NCBI GenBank assembly: GCA_012295275.1
Contig: CM022670.1
Span: 35,340,001 to 35,404,000, forward strand
Direction: 5' to 3'
From: Chrysomallon squamiferum
Taxonomy: Eukaryota > Animalia > Mollusca
DNA: 64,000 bases
Shown: one piece after another, positions 16,689-31,184 of the stretch
Layout: the number at the start of each line of letters is the position of its first letter
Position numbering within the stretch: the first letter of the stretch is position 1
Notes under the pieces: model-generated
Seen by the model: only the letters and a program-made list of their open reading frames with translations
What the model was told of the DNA's origin: nothing
The model's database searches: none
Made by a program: the position numbers and the translations under genes

Positions 16689-16745
<57 letters not shown>

Positions 16746-17689
16746 CATACATTACGTTCGTGCGTATATTATACATATGTAGATAAATACTTACGTAAAA
16801 ACCACATAAATTCAGAGTTTCTCAATATCCCAATTGGCGATATATTTGTAAAGATCAGAAACATGCCAGAAGAAATATCCTCTATTTTTAAAAGAAATAT
16901 TTTACTATTAAAAAATGAAGTAATATGAGAATAATTTTACTGGAATTCATTTAGCAGAAGGAATCCACAGTATTCTCTTCCAATTCATGACTCTTGGAAT
17001 TACCTTTATTTAGATTTAAATAAGTAAAAAACAAATAATAAAGTAATAATTAATAAAGATGATTATTTGAACATTTTCTTACGTAATGAAGGATGAATAA
17101 ATAAATTCATGGTATCTTTTGATCAGTTCCAGGAATAGTTTATGAAAAAAGGAAATATATATATATAAAAAAATAAAAATAAAATAAAGTAAAATAATCT
17201 ATATTGCTTATGTTTGTAACTTAATAGCCTTTTAGCAATGTTATTAGTATGATTTATCATTTGTTCTTTACTTGAGAAATGTTTAACGAAATAACCTGTA
17301 TAAATGAAAACACCACGATATCAAAAATAACTTGAAATAAATACTAGATTTTAATTCTAAGCTAGTATTACAGAGGATTCTAGCACGTTTGAACGAGTAT
17401 GATTTTTTCATAAAATCCTGAATCTACGAGTTAATGGTATTAAAAGGAAACTTTAAATAACTCAGAAATTATAATTTAATAATAATAATAAAAAACGAAA
17501 AATGTCATATATATATATAATATATAAATTTGAAGGAACTTTTTGAAATAACGATGGTAATTTAAAAAAAAGAAAAAAACAAAAAGAAGGGAAAATTCCG
17601 TTTTCAGCAATCAACCTGGTTAAAACACACACACATATTTCTCTTCTTGATTATCAGCCTCAATTTGTTTTTGCACTGACATCCACCGG

Positions 17690-18213
17690 TCTGTATACTG
17701 TTGACATTTCAGTACTGCGTGTACGTAGTTACTAAAACCCCGAGACTGTGACACGCTGGTCGCACGTACACTCACAGACCAGACTCGACGTTTCTTCCAA
17801 TTTCGCAAGACTCGAAAAACCTCGTAGGAAAAATCGATTCACGAGGCATCGATCGCTTCTCTCGTCCGAATCAGCCAATGTCCCTCGTCTGCTGCGTGAC
17901 TCAGACCACTGCCGCGGTTGAGGAGCACCCCAGACGACTGCTTCTGTTAGGTGACACATTACCTCCAGGTGAAGCAAGCGAATTCATTTTGCTTTGCGGA
18001 GAGAAACACGCCAGTTTTAGCTTCGAGAGTCTTTCGCAAAATCTCTGTCGACCTCTTTTTTTGGGGTCTTTTACAGCAGCGAAGGATCAAGTCGATAGAT
18101 GATATGGTCACGTTTTAGGATACGCCAGGTGGTTTTTTTTTTAAAAGCAGGAATTAAAAAAAAAAAAAGTTTTTTTGTCGTGTGTTAAAAAGACTCGTTT
18201 AGTTTCTGATACG
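17690..18213 (+). promoter_or_regulatory. CpG-rich putative promoter and non-coding first exon of gene A
   Basis: CpG-dense island containing AGCCAATG (NF-Y CCAAT box, ~17873-17880) and TGACTCA (AP-1, 17897-17903). It ends at a strong donor ACG|GTGAGT at 18213/18214. Confidence 0.5.
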
Positions 18214-18759
18214 GTGAGTTAAAATAAAAATAAAAAATAAAAGAAAGAAGAACAGTGATGTGAAATGCAAAGAGCTGACATATACAGCCTCGCTAAACAA
18301 GCATAAAACAGGAAACTTTTATCGCCTAGGGAGATTTGTTACAGGAATATATCTCAGTTATATGAATGGGTGTTGTTGGAATTAATTGAGTTTTTTTTTC
18401 CTTAGAAAAACAAAACAAAATGTCGTGCTTAGAGGATTTATAGGATTTAAAATGTTTGCATCTAATGGAACGTGTTTTCAGTCAAAATATAACCACAGAA
18501 GTGATGACGGTGTTTGAAGAAATGGTGAGATTTCTTTGTTTTCGAATTTCAACAGATTCTGTTCGTTCCGAATAAACGCAGTGTTGTTGGTTATACTCTC
18601 GCGCGTTTTTTTTTGTTTTTGGTGTGATAATTCATTCTGTGCTTTATTTCATGCCAGTATTCGGATCGACTGTATAACACGTTGACACTTTTCACGGATT
18701 TACTGAACTGTTTTTTGTTTTTTTTCCTGTTTCTCATGATGGCGGGTCGTCACGGTCAG
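18214..18759 (+). other. Putative 5'-UTR intron of gene A (GT-AG, 546 nt)
   Basis: Donor GTGAGT at 18214. Long pyrimidine tract at ~18711-18735, with the first downstream AG at 18758-18759 (TCAG|GTG ATG), placing ATG 18763 just inside exon 2. Confidence 0.4.
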
Positions 18760-19212
18760 GTGATGCCAAGCGGAACGGTTCTGTTTCACTCCGTGAAGCA
18801 CCCGTCACTCTTCGTGAACGGGACACTCATTCAGCTGCAGCTGAAAGAACCGTACAGAGACAGCGAGCTGAACGAACTCCTCTACGTCATCATCGTCATC
18901 GTCTTCTACGCCACGGGTCTGATGACGCTCATCATCACCCAGATCAGGAAACAGCGTCGAGAGGGCAGCGACATCGACTACTACGACGAATACTTGCAGA
19001 GGAACCAGGAGGTGAAGCGGACGTGCAAAAACGCCATTTCGGTGGTTACGCGACAGCCGGGATCGAAACCTCCTGAAGAAGGGTCTGGAGTTAGTCCAGA
19101 ACAGAACAATAAAGGAACCGGGGAGAAGAAATCCCAGTCAGAGCTGTTTCCCATGCTGGAATCGATTCCCGATGAAGAAACTCAGAGCCAGTTTAAGGAG
19201 TTTCAGGTTTAG
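18736..19212 (+). CDS. KCNE/MinK-like single-pass membrane protein, gene A (158 aa from ATG 18736, or 149 aa from ATG 18763)
   Basis: High-GC3, non-repetitive ORF in AT-rich DNA. No signal peptide, one NGT sequon, TM helix LLYVIIVIVFYATGLMTLII, then IRKQRRE and D-x3-4-Y. Segment ELLYVIIVIVFYATGLMTLIITQIRKQRREGS aligns ungapped to human KCNE1 [32 protein letters not shown] (recalled from memory). The TTG start at 18682 lies in a poly-pyrimidine tract and is rejected. Confidence 0.8.
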   Translation: MMAGRHGQVMPSGTVLFHSVKHPSLFVNGTLIQLQLKEPYRDSELNELLYVIIVIVFYATGLMTLIITQIRKQRREGSDIDYYDEYLQRNQEVKRTCKNAISVVTRQPGSKPPEEGSGVSPEQNNKGTGEKKSQSELFPMLESIPDEETQSQFKEFQV

Positions 19213-19439
19213 CTATGTCATTCATGAATTGTTGTTGCTGGTTGAAGTATTTGTTAAAATCAAACTGACAAACAAACAAAACTGCATGAAGTCAGAAAGA
19301 TAAAAAAAAAAAAAAAAATTATTTTATCACTGTATCCAAAATCTTGATAGATAAAACATTCAAATGACTTAGTATTAATTGCTTGGTATTGTTTTTATTT
19401 ATGTATTTATTTATTTATTTATTTATTTGTTATTTGTTG

Positions 19440-19483
<44 letters not shown>

Positions 19484-21354
19484 GTTATTGTTATTGTTAT
19501 TATTATTATTATTATTGTTGTTATTGTTATTGTTATTATTATTATTATTATTATTGTTGTTGTTGTTTTGTATTTATTTATACAAAATGTTTAAATAGGA
19601 ATTTTAGTGTAAATAACTGTAGCATATTTACTACGCATTCATACATATACATAGTTTGTATGTGTGTATGTGTGTGTGTGTGTGTGTTTGTGAGTGCTTG
19701 TGTATGTGTGTGAATAAATGTGTGTGTGTGTCTGTGTTTGTAAAATGTGTACACAAATCTCACCACCCTCTCTATCTCTCTCTCTATTTCTCTAACACAT
19801 CTCTCCATATTTCTCATCATCTCCACTATCTCATTTTTCACAAGACGATACTAATTACGCCGATCAACTCGGTTAGCTTGTTTATTTGCGAAGATTCTCA
19901 ATTTAGATCGCTTTGACGGGTTACACTATCCATAACGTCATCCGTGCCGAGTAATTGACAGTTTGCTACCACGTCCCCCTGTCTCTGTGGACAGATCAAT
20001 GCGCGATATGACTGGGGGGTACACTCATTGGACGTACGCCTGATACTCGCACTTCCTTTATTAGGCATCTCTAAACATCAGCGTGCAAGACAGGAAAACG
20101 CGGCCCGGGTTCCACGCTTTGTAAGGTCAGTTTGTTACTTGCAAACCCAGCAGCAGGTTCGCTACTGGTGAAGTTGTTTTGAAAGAGAATGTTCAAGAGG
20201 AATAGATGATATTATTTGGTGTTTTTTTTAATTTTTTTATTAATACGATGTTGTATTGATGGACGTTATTTTGTGCATGATCAATTAGTACTAATAATAA
20301 AGAATAAAACAACAAAACAAACAAATAGAACAAAACAAAGAAAAACTAAAAAACAAAGAAAACAACAACCAACCAACCAAACAAACAAAAAAAAAAAAAA
20401 AAAAAACACTTCGGAATAGAAATAAAGATATTGGAGAGAGAATACAAATAACTAGCTAGCTAGAAGATACATACATGCAGACGAAGAGATAAAAAAAAAA
20501 AAAAAAAAAAAAATAGACAGACATATAAATAAATAAATATGGATAGACAGATAGCGAGACAGTCAGACAGATTCAGGCAGATAGCAGACAAGGATATTTA
20601 AAAAAATAAGATTAATTAAAACAGAGATAATTAAATAGACCGATGAACAGACAGATAAATAGAAAAATGGAAAGACAGATTCATAGATATATCAACAGAA
20701 AGATGGATGGATGAATGCCTGGATGGAGAGATAGATAGATAGATGGACAGACAGACAAAAAGACAGAAAAAAGAGAAATACAAGAACCATTAACGATCAG
20801 AAAATATATTAATCTAATAATGGCAGAAAATGTTATTTCCTGAACATTATTAACTGCAATTTGCATTTTCACACATCTTAATTAAAAGAACAGTAACACA
20901 AAAAAGGATCGAAAGGAAATAAATGATAAAACTGCTTTATTGTAGAATCCATTCATTAGAGATACGGCTTCTGCCATTTTCTCTCTTATTAGAAAAGACG
21001 AAATAAAAGCATTTCGGAACTTAATAACAGCCAGCCATCAGACAGACTACAAAACATTACTGTATCAAATTCAGTAAATCTGTTGGTAAAATACATCGAG
21101 AGAGTCTTATAGCGAGATAGACAGATAGACAGATAGAGATGTATTTACTTAGATAGACAGATAGATAGATAGGTAGATAGATAGATAGATAGGTAGATAG
21201 GTAGATAGATAAATTGATACATGTATTTACTGAGAAAACCTTTGGTCTTATGTATATCTGATTCCGACACTTAGACAATATTGAGGAATGTGTGTGTGTT
21301 TATGTGTATATATACACATAAACACACACACCACATTCATATATATATATGTGT

Positions 21355-21420
<66 letters not shown>

Positions 21421-21811
21421 TCAAGTAAACTTTTGAGAATATATCAGATACTTCTACCAGCTAAATATAGTCGCTAATATTTTAAATAGTTATATCTGGA
21501 TGACTAATTGTTTTTTGTGTACCTGTCTTGTTTTACGTATCAACCTTATATTCTTTAATCATCATTTTAACGAATACTGTATTCTGCTAGTATAAGCACA
21601 AAATAATCCTTGAAGTAAGCGAATTCATGGAAAATCAGATACGTTGCTTCAGATCGTATTAAAATACTGGCACATAAAAAAATCATATTTTCTAACACAA
21701 GATTATTTTCTAGTATATATTTTGCTGATAGTTCCAGTAATGGAAACAGAAAATGGAAAAGAAAGAAAATAAATAGATAAGTATATATAAACATATAAAA
21801 TAAATAAATAT

Positions 21812-21871
<60 letters not shown>

Positions 21872-22085
21872 CCAAACAAACAAGCAAACAAAATAATTAT
21901 AGATCATTAAATATTCCTTCATATTTTATTTATTTAATTGTTTGTTTCTTTCTTTGTTTGTTTTATATTCTTATACATTTTTTTCTTGTTTTCATATTTT
22001 TTGCTTTTCTGGTTAGAACACATGAACATAAGAGTTACATTGCTTTTATATATAATGGTTTGTTCTTAATTGCAGATTGTGTCAC

Positions 22086-22184
<99 letters not shown>

Positions 22185-22494
22185 TGTAATAATAATCTCT
22201 CATAGCAGCAAAACTGCATATAATTTTTAATAATCGTATTTTCTTATGAAGAAAAGAAATTTAGATAGTAACATCGCAGCTTAAATTATTCTAGAAATGA
22301 TAGTTCAGGCTTTTCATTCGAATACTAGATGATTTTAACATTATAGATCTATTACGAACAGAACAGAGAAACAGCAAAAACTACTTTAAACAGTGTTGAA
22401 TACCAGAGCTGATACAGATTTCAGAACAGTGATCGCCGTATGTGATATGTTTATGTGACGATGTCATTTGTTGGATAAGAATCTCAATATGACT

Positions 22495-23245
22495 GTCTTT
22501 ACAATACATCAAACAAATAACATCAAACGTTCGAATGTCTTTAGCGGTATCTTTACAATACGTCAAACGTTCGAATCTCTTCATCGGCATCTTTACAGTA
22601 CGTCAAACAATGACGTCAAACGTTCGAATCTCTTCATCGGCATCTTTACAGTACGTCAAACAATGACGTCAACCGTTCGAATCTCTTCATCGGCATCTTT
22701 ACAGTACGTCAAACAATGACGTCAAACAATGACGTCAAACGTTCGAATCTCTTCATCGGCATCTTTACGATACGTCAAACAATGACGTCAAACGTTCGAA
22801 TCTCTTCATCGGCATCTTTACGATACGTCAAACAATGACGTCAAACGTTCGAATCTCTTCATCGGCATCTTTACAGTACGTCAAACAATGACGTCAAACG
22901 TTCGAATCTCTTCATCTGCATCTTTACAGTACGTCAAACAATGACGTCAAACGTTCGAATCTCTTCATCGGCATCTTTACAGTACGTCAAACGTTCGAAT
23001 CTCTTCATCGGCATCTTTACAATATGTCAAACAATGACGTCAACCGTTCGAATCTCTTCATCGGCATCTTTACCTTATATCAAACAATGATGTCAAACGT
23101 TCGAATCTCTTCAGTGGCATCTTTACAATATGTCAAACAATGATGTCAAACGTTCGAACCTCTTCATCGGCATCTTTACAAATCAAACAATGACGTCAAA
23201 CGTTCGAATCTCTTCATCGGCATCTTTACAACAGATCAAACAATA
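22495..23245. repeat. 53-bp minisatellite, 14 units, with a variable 13-bp internal module (40/53/66-bp units)
   Basis: Consensus acgtcaaac-aatgacgtcaaac-gttcgaatctcttcatcggcatctttacagt. GTTCGAA recurs 14 times between 22529 and 23202. Confidence 0.95.
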
Positions 23246-23808
23246 GTGCCACACTTTCTGAACTCTTCTTCTTTGTTGTATTTGCAACACATCAAACAAT
23301 GAAGCTAATGGACACTCCCTAGCTTCAGCACATTAACAAATTACAGCTAATGTTGGAAACTGTGATAGAAGCAGATGGTCTATTAAAACTTGAAACGTCA
23401 ACACATCGAGTTATTAACTCCATATCGATTCTGAACACGAAGACAGCCTTCGCAGAAACCTTTTGTATTTAATAATGTACAGAGGAATCAGTGGTGAGGT
23501 CAGTGGTAAGAATTGTTTGAGAAATCCGAGTCGAGATGATCGTGGTAGTTATTAATAAATGAAGATGTCTGTTCGGATCTGTTCAGCTGTATATGGAAAT
23601 ACGTGTGATGTCTGAATGTGGGAAGCGGGTTTCCTCTCAGGTGTTGTGGTAATACAAGAACAGTATTTGATGTCAGGAACAGCTTTGGCGTTAATAATGT
23701 GACTATCAATAGGTGGAATTATTTGTGTCGTGAATACTCTTGGTATCAAAAAATATTAATTTTACAACTACAACTAACAATAATAACAACAATAACAAGA
23801 AGCACGAA

Positions 23809-23854
<46 letters not shown>

Positions 23855-24927
23855 TAATAATAAGATGATGATGATGCTGATGAACAATAATACAAATACC
23901 ATGCATAAAATAGTAAATCGATTAATCCATCAGTAAATGATTAAATGAATGAATGAATGAATGAATAAATATATAAAATAAAATCTATTAAAACAAAATA
24001 ATATAAAATAAAATAAAATAAAAATAATTTTGTAATAGGTTATAATTCCAATGATGTAAGGTTCAATAACAGAAGCAGAGTAGTCTTTGGCCTTAGTAAT
24101 AACAAAAGTAACAACAGCAAAAACAACAACAACAATAACAGTAAACTGATAATGATGATGATAATAATAATGGTAATGATTATCATCATCATCATCTTCT
24201 TCAGCAGCATCACTATAATCATAAGGAGCTTCATTATCATCATTATCCGAACATGTTACCGTTGTTTACTTATTACTTTTTAATTTTTAATTTTTTTTTT
24301 TTTTTAATTTTTACGCTAAACCATGACAGAGTATTGTCAATAGACATCATTCAAATTTCACATGGAATTTAAAATTTATTTTGTCTTATGTTTAATCAAT
24401 ATGGAGTACGTATTTAGTCCTACTTTAGAACATATGTCAAATCCAAAGACCTCAACAACGACTGATCAATTATATTAATGTCTGGGTATAAAATAACCAT
24501 GGCAACGTTGACGCCAAAAGAATTATCTATTTTTTCTTTCTTTCTTTTTTCTTTTTTTTTTTTTTTTTTTTTGAAAAATTATATCTACATATAATTAATG
24601 GCGTAAAGCAAAATGGCTAACGTATGAAGATGACAACGATGACAAGAAGATAATCTTCAGAAAAATCATTTGTTCTGTCCTTCTGTTGTTTTCTTTCTCA
24701 TATAACATGTCTACTTAATGGGAGAAAAGAAATAAAAGATGAGATATGGTTATTAAAAAAATTCTAAAACTGAAAAATGAGATTCCTGTCTTCCAGGCAG
24801 ATATAAATCTTAAATTATTAATAATTCATTACTAGCTCTTTTTTCATCTCGAGAAAGAATTAAATTTCTGTAAAAATATTGCCAGACACTTTTCTCTTTC
24901 CCTGATTAGCACTTATTTGTTTCACTT

Positions 24928-25085
<158 letters not shown>

Positions 25086-27164
25086 TGTCTGACCTTGAAT
25101 CCCATGTTGACGTCTATGAAATATCTGTCTGACCAGACAATACAAATATTGCTGAGTCCGCTCCGTTACATTATTTTATATGATCATATTACTAAAAGCG
25201 ATATGTCAGTGACACATTGGTTTCATATTTTCAGACGTTTTCTAATAACGTGTCGATTATTCAAAGCACAGTTTTATATTCCACAGGAACAGAGAAGGCG
25301 TCTCTGTTGAAAGGTATTTACAGATAGCCGCCTAATTCATTTTCATATTTATGTGTAATCTTTATTCATATTCAGATCTGTTTCTGATTGTAAATAAGTC
25401 TATCCTCTCTTAGAGCAGAAACCAAAAAAAAAAAAAAAAAATGAATAATAATTAAAATTTTATACTTTTCGATGACTCTACTGTCATATTAAAGAATATA
25501 AAATATGAAGAAAAAAAAAAAAATAGTGAAAAACTCTCGAAATAAATACACAAGAGAAATTAACAGCATGGATAGAGAGATAGATAGATAGATAGGAAGA
25601 TAGATAGACAGATATTCAGACAAACAGACACACATACATGCAGACAGAGAGACAGATAAATGGATGGATGGATATATTAATATATAAATAGACAGAATTA
25701 GAGACAGACAAACAGATAAATGGATACATTTTCTCTTAGTGTATTTTATATTAAAATGTATTCTCAATCGCTAATCTGGTTATGTAATCTCTGGTATATC
25801 AAATATCATCTATGTAAGCTATAGTTTTAGTGTTACAGTAGTATAATTTATATGTAACATATCCAACAACAATTAAGTAAGGCAATAAAGAAGTAAAATA
25901 AAATCACATAAAATAAATTATACTGTTATATCCTGATAAGACTTGTTGCAGGCCTTTGAATTCCTATTTCATTTTATTTATTTATTTATTTATTTATTTA
26001 CTTGTTTGTTTCTTTCTTTGTTCGTTTATATATTTGTTTGTTTATTTGTCAGTTGTACGAATCTTTTTCCTTTATTATTATTTAAAAAATAAAATTAATT
26101 CAATATTTAATTTTTTTTTTTTTTTAAAATATGATTGATAAAAAAAACGTAATTAGATTTTATCGATTTTAAAAGCTTCAAATTATTATTAAACTATTGT
26201 GACAATAAATCTGTAATACGGCATCATATCCGCATTACAAAAACAAATAATCTTAAATATAAAAAAAAGAAACAAACAAAAATAATGAAAAAAAAAGTAA
26301 ATGTGAATAATTTTTTTCAATATCTTTTTTTAATATATTTTTAACTTGAAACTCATATTATATTGAAAGCTTTCTCCACCATAAATATGGCGCCCGTTTT
26401 ACCGAAATCAAGAAACTGCTTTGAAAGAGGAAAGAAAAGACCATGTAATTATTAGCCGTGGGGTTGTTATTAAGCATAAATGTCTTTATATGCAATTTTC
26501 TTCGTTGGATAATGTTAACTGAGGCGTGGTTTTAATGAAATATATGCCGCAGTAATCGGTGGGAATGTGTACGAATTGAAGCCAGTGTTTGAAGTTAGTA
26601 TTATCAACACAGTGTGTTTACAAGGTTTCTTAAAAAAAAAAAAAAAAAAAACTAATTTCATGTTTTTCTGGTGGTGGGTTTTTCTTGGATTTAAGTTAAT
26701 GTGATTATAAAATCCAAGCAAAATAAATGCATTACTTTTTTTTTTCTATCTATTTATCTGTCTGTTTATCTGTTTGTTTGTCTGTCTTTCTGTCTAACCT
26801 TCATAACAATCAACCAACCCACCTACCTATCTACCCACCTAACTAGTTATCCATATGTCTGTCTCTCTGTCTATCTATCGATCTGTCTGTCTTTCTTTCT
26901 CTCTTTCTTTCTTTCTTTCGTTCTTTCTTCAGTGCTTTTCAGTTCAGAAACAGTTAATATTATCCTGTTGCGTTCTTTAGAAATGCTTTATTTAACAAAT
27001 ACATGGAAAACCGTTTCCTTGTCAGATACAGCGTCCTGGTTACTGAAATGTCCAATAATTGACTTCATTGTGGATTTCTCTTTGGCGTGGACGTCTTGCA
27101 GATGATGTTATTTTCTATTTATAAAGGGATATCGATACTACAGTAGCACGTTTTCATATAAATG

Positions 27165-27285
27165 TTTGCAAATATTCCTTGATCTTAGTGATGTCGTAAA
27201 CATTTACAAGAATATCTAGAAACGTCGTAAATATATTCGAATGTTCCTTGATCTTAGGAATGTCGTAAATATTTTGTAAATAGTC
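27165..27285. repeat. Degenerate ~70-bp duplication
   Basis: ttccttgatcttag..atgtcgtaaa occurs twice. Confidence 0.65.
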
Positions 27286-30200
27286 CCAGGAAAGTTGTAA
27301 ATATTTCCAAATATTTCTTGAAATTAGAAATGTTTTCAATATGTGCATTTATTACTGACCCTCGATTTTATGTACCTCGGTTTTCGGATTTCGGATATTC
27401 GGACCAAATCTGGAAAAATCATAAAATTTTAACATACTGCATTTCGCACTTAAAACCTTACCTCTAGGTACAATTCAATTATTCTGACTCCCACTATACG
27501 ATCACAGCAAACTTCTCTCATCCCACTTTCCATCAAGGTAAGATGAATTTTGTTACAGTTGTACCCATAACCATCCTAATCAAACAAAAAGCACCCAACC
27601 CCCCAGCATACATTTTTCTAACGTACATTTTGTTTTAAAAAACATTTAAAAATTATTTTATAATAAGTTTCTGGGTTTCTGCAGTTCGATATAAAAAGCG
27701 TTTTAGAATATGATTAGATAATTGAGTTCTGTAATCATTAAAATATGACAGTACATTTTATAATATTTTTAAAGATTTCTTAAAATGGATAATTAATCCA
27801 GATTCACACACAGAATTTACGTACACTGATTTTACAACATTTTCCTCGAACTATTAATTGCTTTCGAAAAGATTTTATTTTAATAAGTGCTTGTATTAAC
27901 TTTCAAAACAAACTTAGTTGTTGTTGTTGTTTTGCTTAAATATAGCTTTCTCGTTTAAATGACGATAGAAAAGGTATAAAAACCTTTAAGCCAATTTGTT
28001 AAGCATCATTAGATAAAATAATTATCTATAAGAGACATCTTATAATTTAATTTAGATACATTAATGAAAAAAATTATATATATTGTGACAACAATAAAGG
28101 GAGTAGAGCCCACAACAACAACAACAACAACAACAACAACAGCATTTATAAAAACAACTTTAACAGAAAATAATAAAAACTAATGGTAACGTTGTCGATA
28201 ACGTAAATGACAGCATTTATGAAAACGAATTTTAACAGAAATCACAGAGAGGTGATGATTACAGCAACAGCAGAGGTGTAATCGCAACGGTGTCCTCAAC
28301 ATCATCAACAACTACAACAACATTTGTGAAAATGACAGTAATAATCAAAGCACAGCAATAAATTATAATAAAAATAAAACAAAAGCTTGACAATAATATC
28401 TACGAAAGCAAAGGTAATAAACCAGTAGGAAGAAAGAGAACTCCAACACCAACAACATCGACAACAACAACAACATAAGCGCTGACAATGATAACACCAT
28501 TCACGAAGGTAAGTAACATAATATAAAGAGAATATACAGCAAAATAATGGATTCTCTATTTTTATCGTTTAATACTTTACCACCGAGAATTAAACACTTT
28601 AACACTGAAGGTGAACGGAGATTAATTGCAGACAGTTAAAACTGAAAGACATTCAGATGCGACGTTGATGACGCTGTTGACGATTCCGGAAAAACAAATG
28701 AATAAATTAAGAGTGACGATGGCCATTAGCAATTAAACAACGTACGTTGGATGTCGCAACAAAACTGATCTGGTTCTCTGAGGTTTTGTTGTCTTGCAGG
28801 CTTTGCCAATGGCGTTAATGCGGTAGACCACGAATCAATAGAAAAGGGTCATTGAAGAGCAGAGCAATTTTTACATGAAGAAAAACAAGGGGGCAGAGTT
28901 CTAATAGTTCGTTTAGGCTTTGTATTCCCAGTCCCAAAACCTTTTAGCTGACGTCTGAAACAATTTGTTTAATGCCGAGATGAACTACGCGAGAATTCTG
29001 ATAAAGACTAGTGAAAATATTGGTTTTAAATTATTATTAATATTATTTATTTATTTATTTTATTTTATTTTAATTTATTTTATATTTATTTATTTATTTA
29101 TTTTATTTTAATTTTATTTTATATTTATTTATTTATTTATTAATATTATTTATTTATTCATATTATTTATTCATATTATTTATTTATTTATTTATTTTAA
29201 TTTATTTTATTTTATATTTTGTATTTATTAATTATTATTATTATAGATTTATTTTGAGGTTGTTTTTTTGTCCTCTTTTGCTAATGTTATGTTTTATTAT
29301 ACAGAACGCAGACTTGTTATTATTATTTTGATAATCTGTTTGCTACGTTGTTTATTTATCAGTTTGTTTGTTTCTTTTTTCTTTCTTTATTTATTTATGC
29401 ATTTTAAAATAACAGACAAATGAGTAAAATATACTAGTATGCTGGCGGTTGATTCAAAACAACGCATTCACTATATTAATAATTATATATATATATATAT
29501 ATAATATTTTTGAGGTACTGCATAGTTTTTTGCATTTTTTAAATTATTGTTGTTGTTGTTATTATTTTGTTTATTTATTATTTGTTTGGCTTTTATAACT
29601 ATTCTAATAAATATTATTTTACAATTTAATTTATTTATTTTAAAACAGAATCGTTACTTGCACATGGTTTTATATTCCTACTGAAAATAACAACATCGAC
29701 TGAAATCACACAAATATTATTTGTACAACATGTTTTGCATGACCTTGAACAATCACGTACAAGAAAAACAATAAAATAATAAAATGTTTGTGTGTAAAAA
29801 GTATTCACCAAAAAAATGGGTTACTGATTTTCTCGTGCTAATTGAGTCAAGACTGAAAATAAATAATTATGTTGCTTGAGCGTTGTTAATGAGTTTTGAG
29901 TCGCAAGTAAGATATCAAATGACTTTTCGTTCTGTTTCCACAACAGACGTTCTTTGTTGTAAAGTGATAGTAAATATGTTTCAGGCATTTTTGAGAATAT
30001 TTGTTTAAAAATACTCAGACAAGTAATATTGTTTTTAAATGCATATTTCAAAATACTTTTATTTTATTTTCCTTTTTTGTTTAATTATATTATATTATAT
30101 TATATTATATTATATTATATTTATTTTTAAATTATTTGTTTATTTATTTTTTTATTATTTTTTTATTTTTACCATAATTATATATTCGCTTATTTACTTT

Positions 30201-30556
30201 ATATATGTGTGTATACATATTTTTATTTATTTATCTAATTTACTTAAATTTTTATTTTATTTATTTTTTACTTTCTTTTTTACTTGTTTTATTACATTAT
30301 TTATTTATTTATTATTGCAACTACTATTAATACTATTTTATTTTTTTTTATTATTTTTTTTATTATCATTATTATTATTATTATCATTGTTGTTGTTGTT
30401 GTTGTTAATTGTTCCTGCTGCTGCTGTTGTTTAACCATTATTATTATTATTATTTTAATATTGGAAAAATGATTTTAAAAACACCTATCGAATTATTATT
30501 ATTATCATCATCATCATCATCATCATTTTCATTACATTATTATCATTATCATCATA

Positions 30557-30630
<74 letters not shown>

Positions 30631-30910
30631 TTTTTTTTTATTTATTTATCTTGATATAATATTATATTCCTATATGATATTGTATTTCTCCAGATTGTTT
30701 TGATCCTAATGAAGAAACAGAGAGCAGAGTGTCACTTACGTTTTTTTCTGCATCAATCTAAAATACACAGGGTTTTTTGTTGTGTCATTTTTTATCATTA
30801 TTTATGCGGGTTTTGGATTCTTATATTATTTATAGATCGTCCGCGCTTTCATTTTGATTTATTGGTTTTGCAGACTTATTATTTTTATTATTTTATTTCT
30901 TTTTATTATT

Positions 30911-30994
<84 letters not shown>

Positions 30995-31066
30995 TTATTA
31001 TTGTTATTATTATAACACCACAAACTAACAAAAAAAAAAAAAGAAAAAAAGAATGGAAAATATAAA

Positions 31067-31134
<68 letters not shown>

Positions 31135-31152
31135 ATATATTAATAAAAATTT

Positions 31153-31184
<32 letters not shown>

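Noticed and set aside
19210-19227. Readthrough at gene A stop (TAG CTA)
   Set aside because: Not the UGA-CUAG motif, and only four codons precede the next stop.
22495-23245. CRISPR-like array or repeat-protein ORF (22468-22719)
   Set aside because: No unique spacers or cas genes, eukaryotic context, and the 53-bp unit is not a multiple of 3 and contains stops.
27352-27420. pogo/Tigger-like terminus (ctgaccctcgatttt...)
   Set aside because: No partner TIR or transposase visible.
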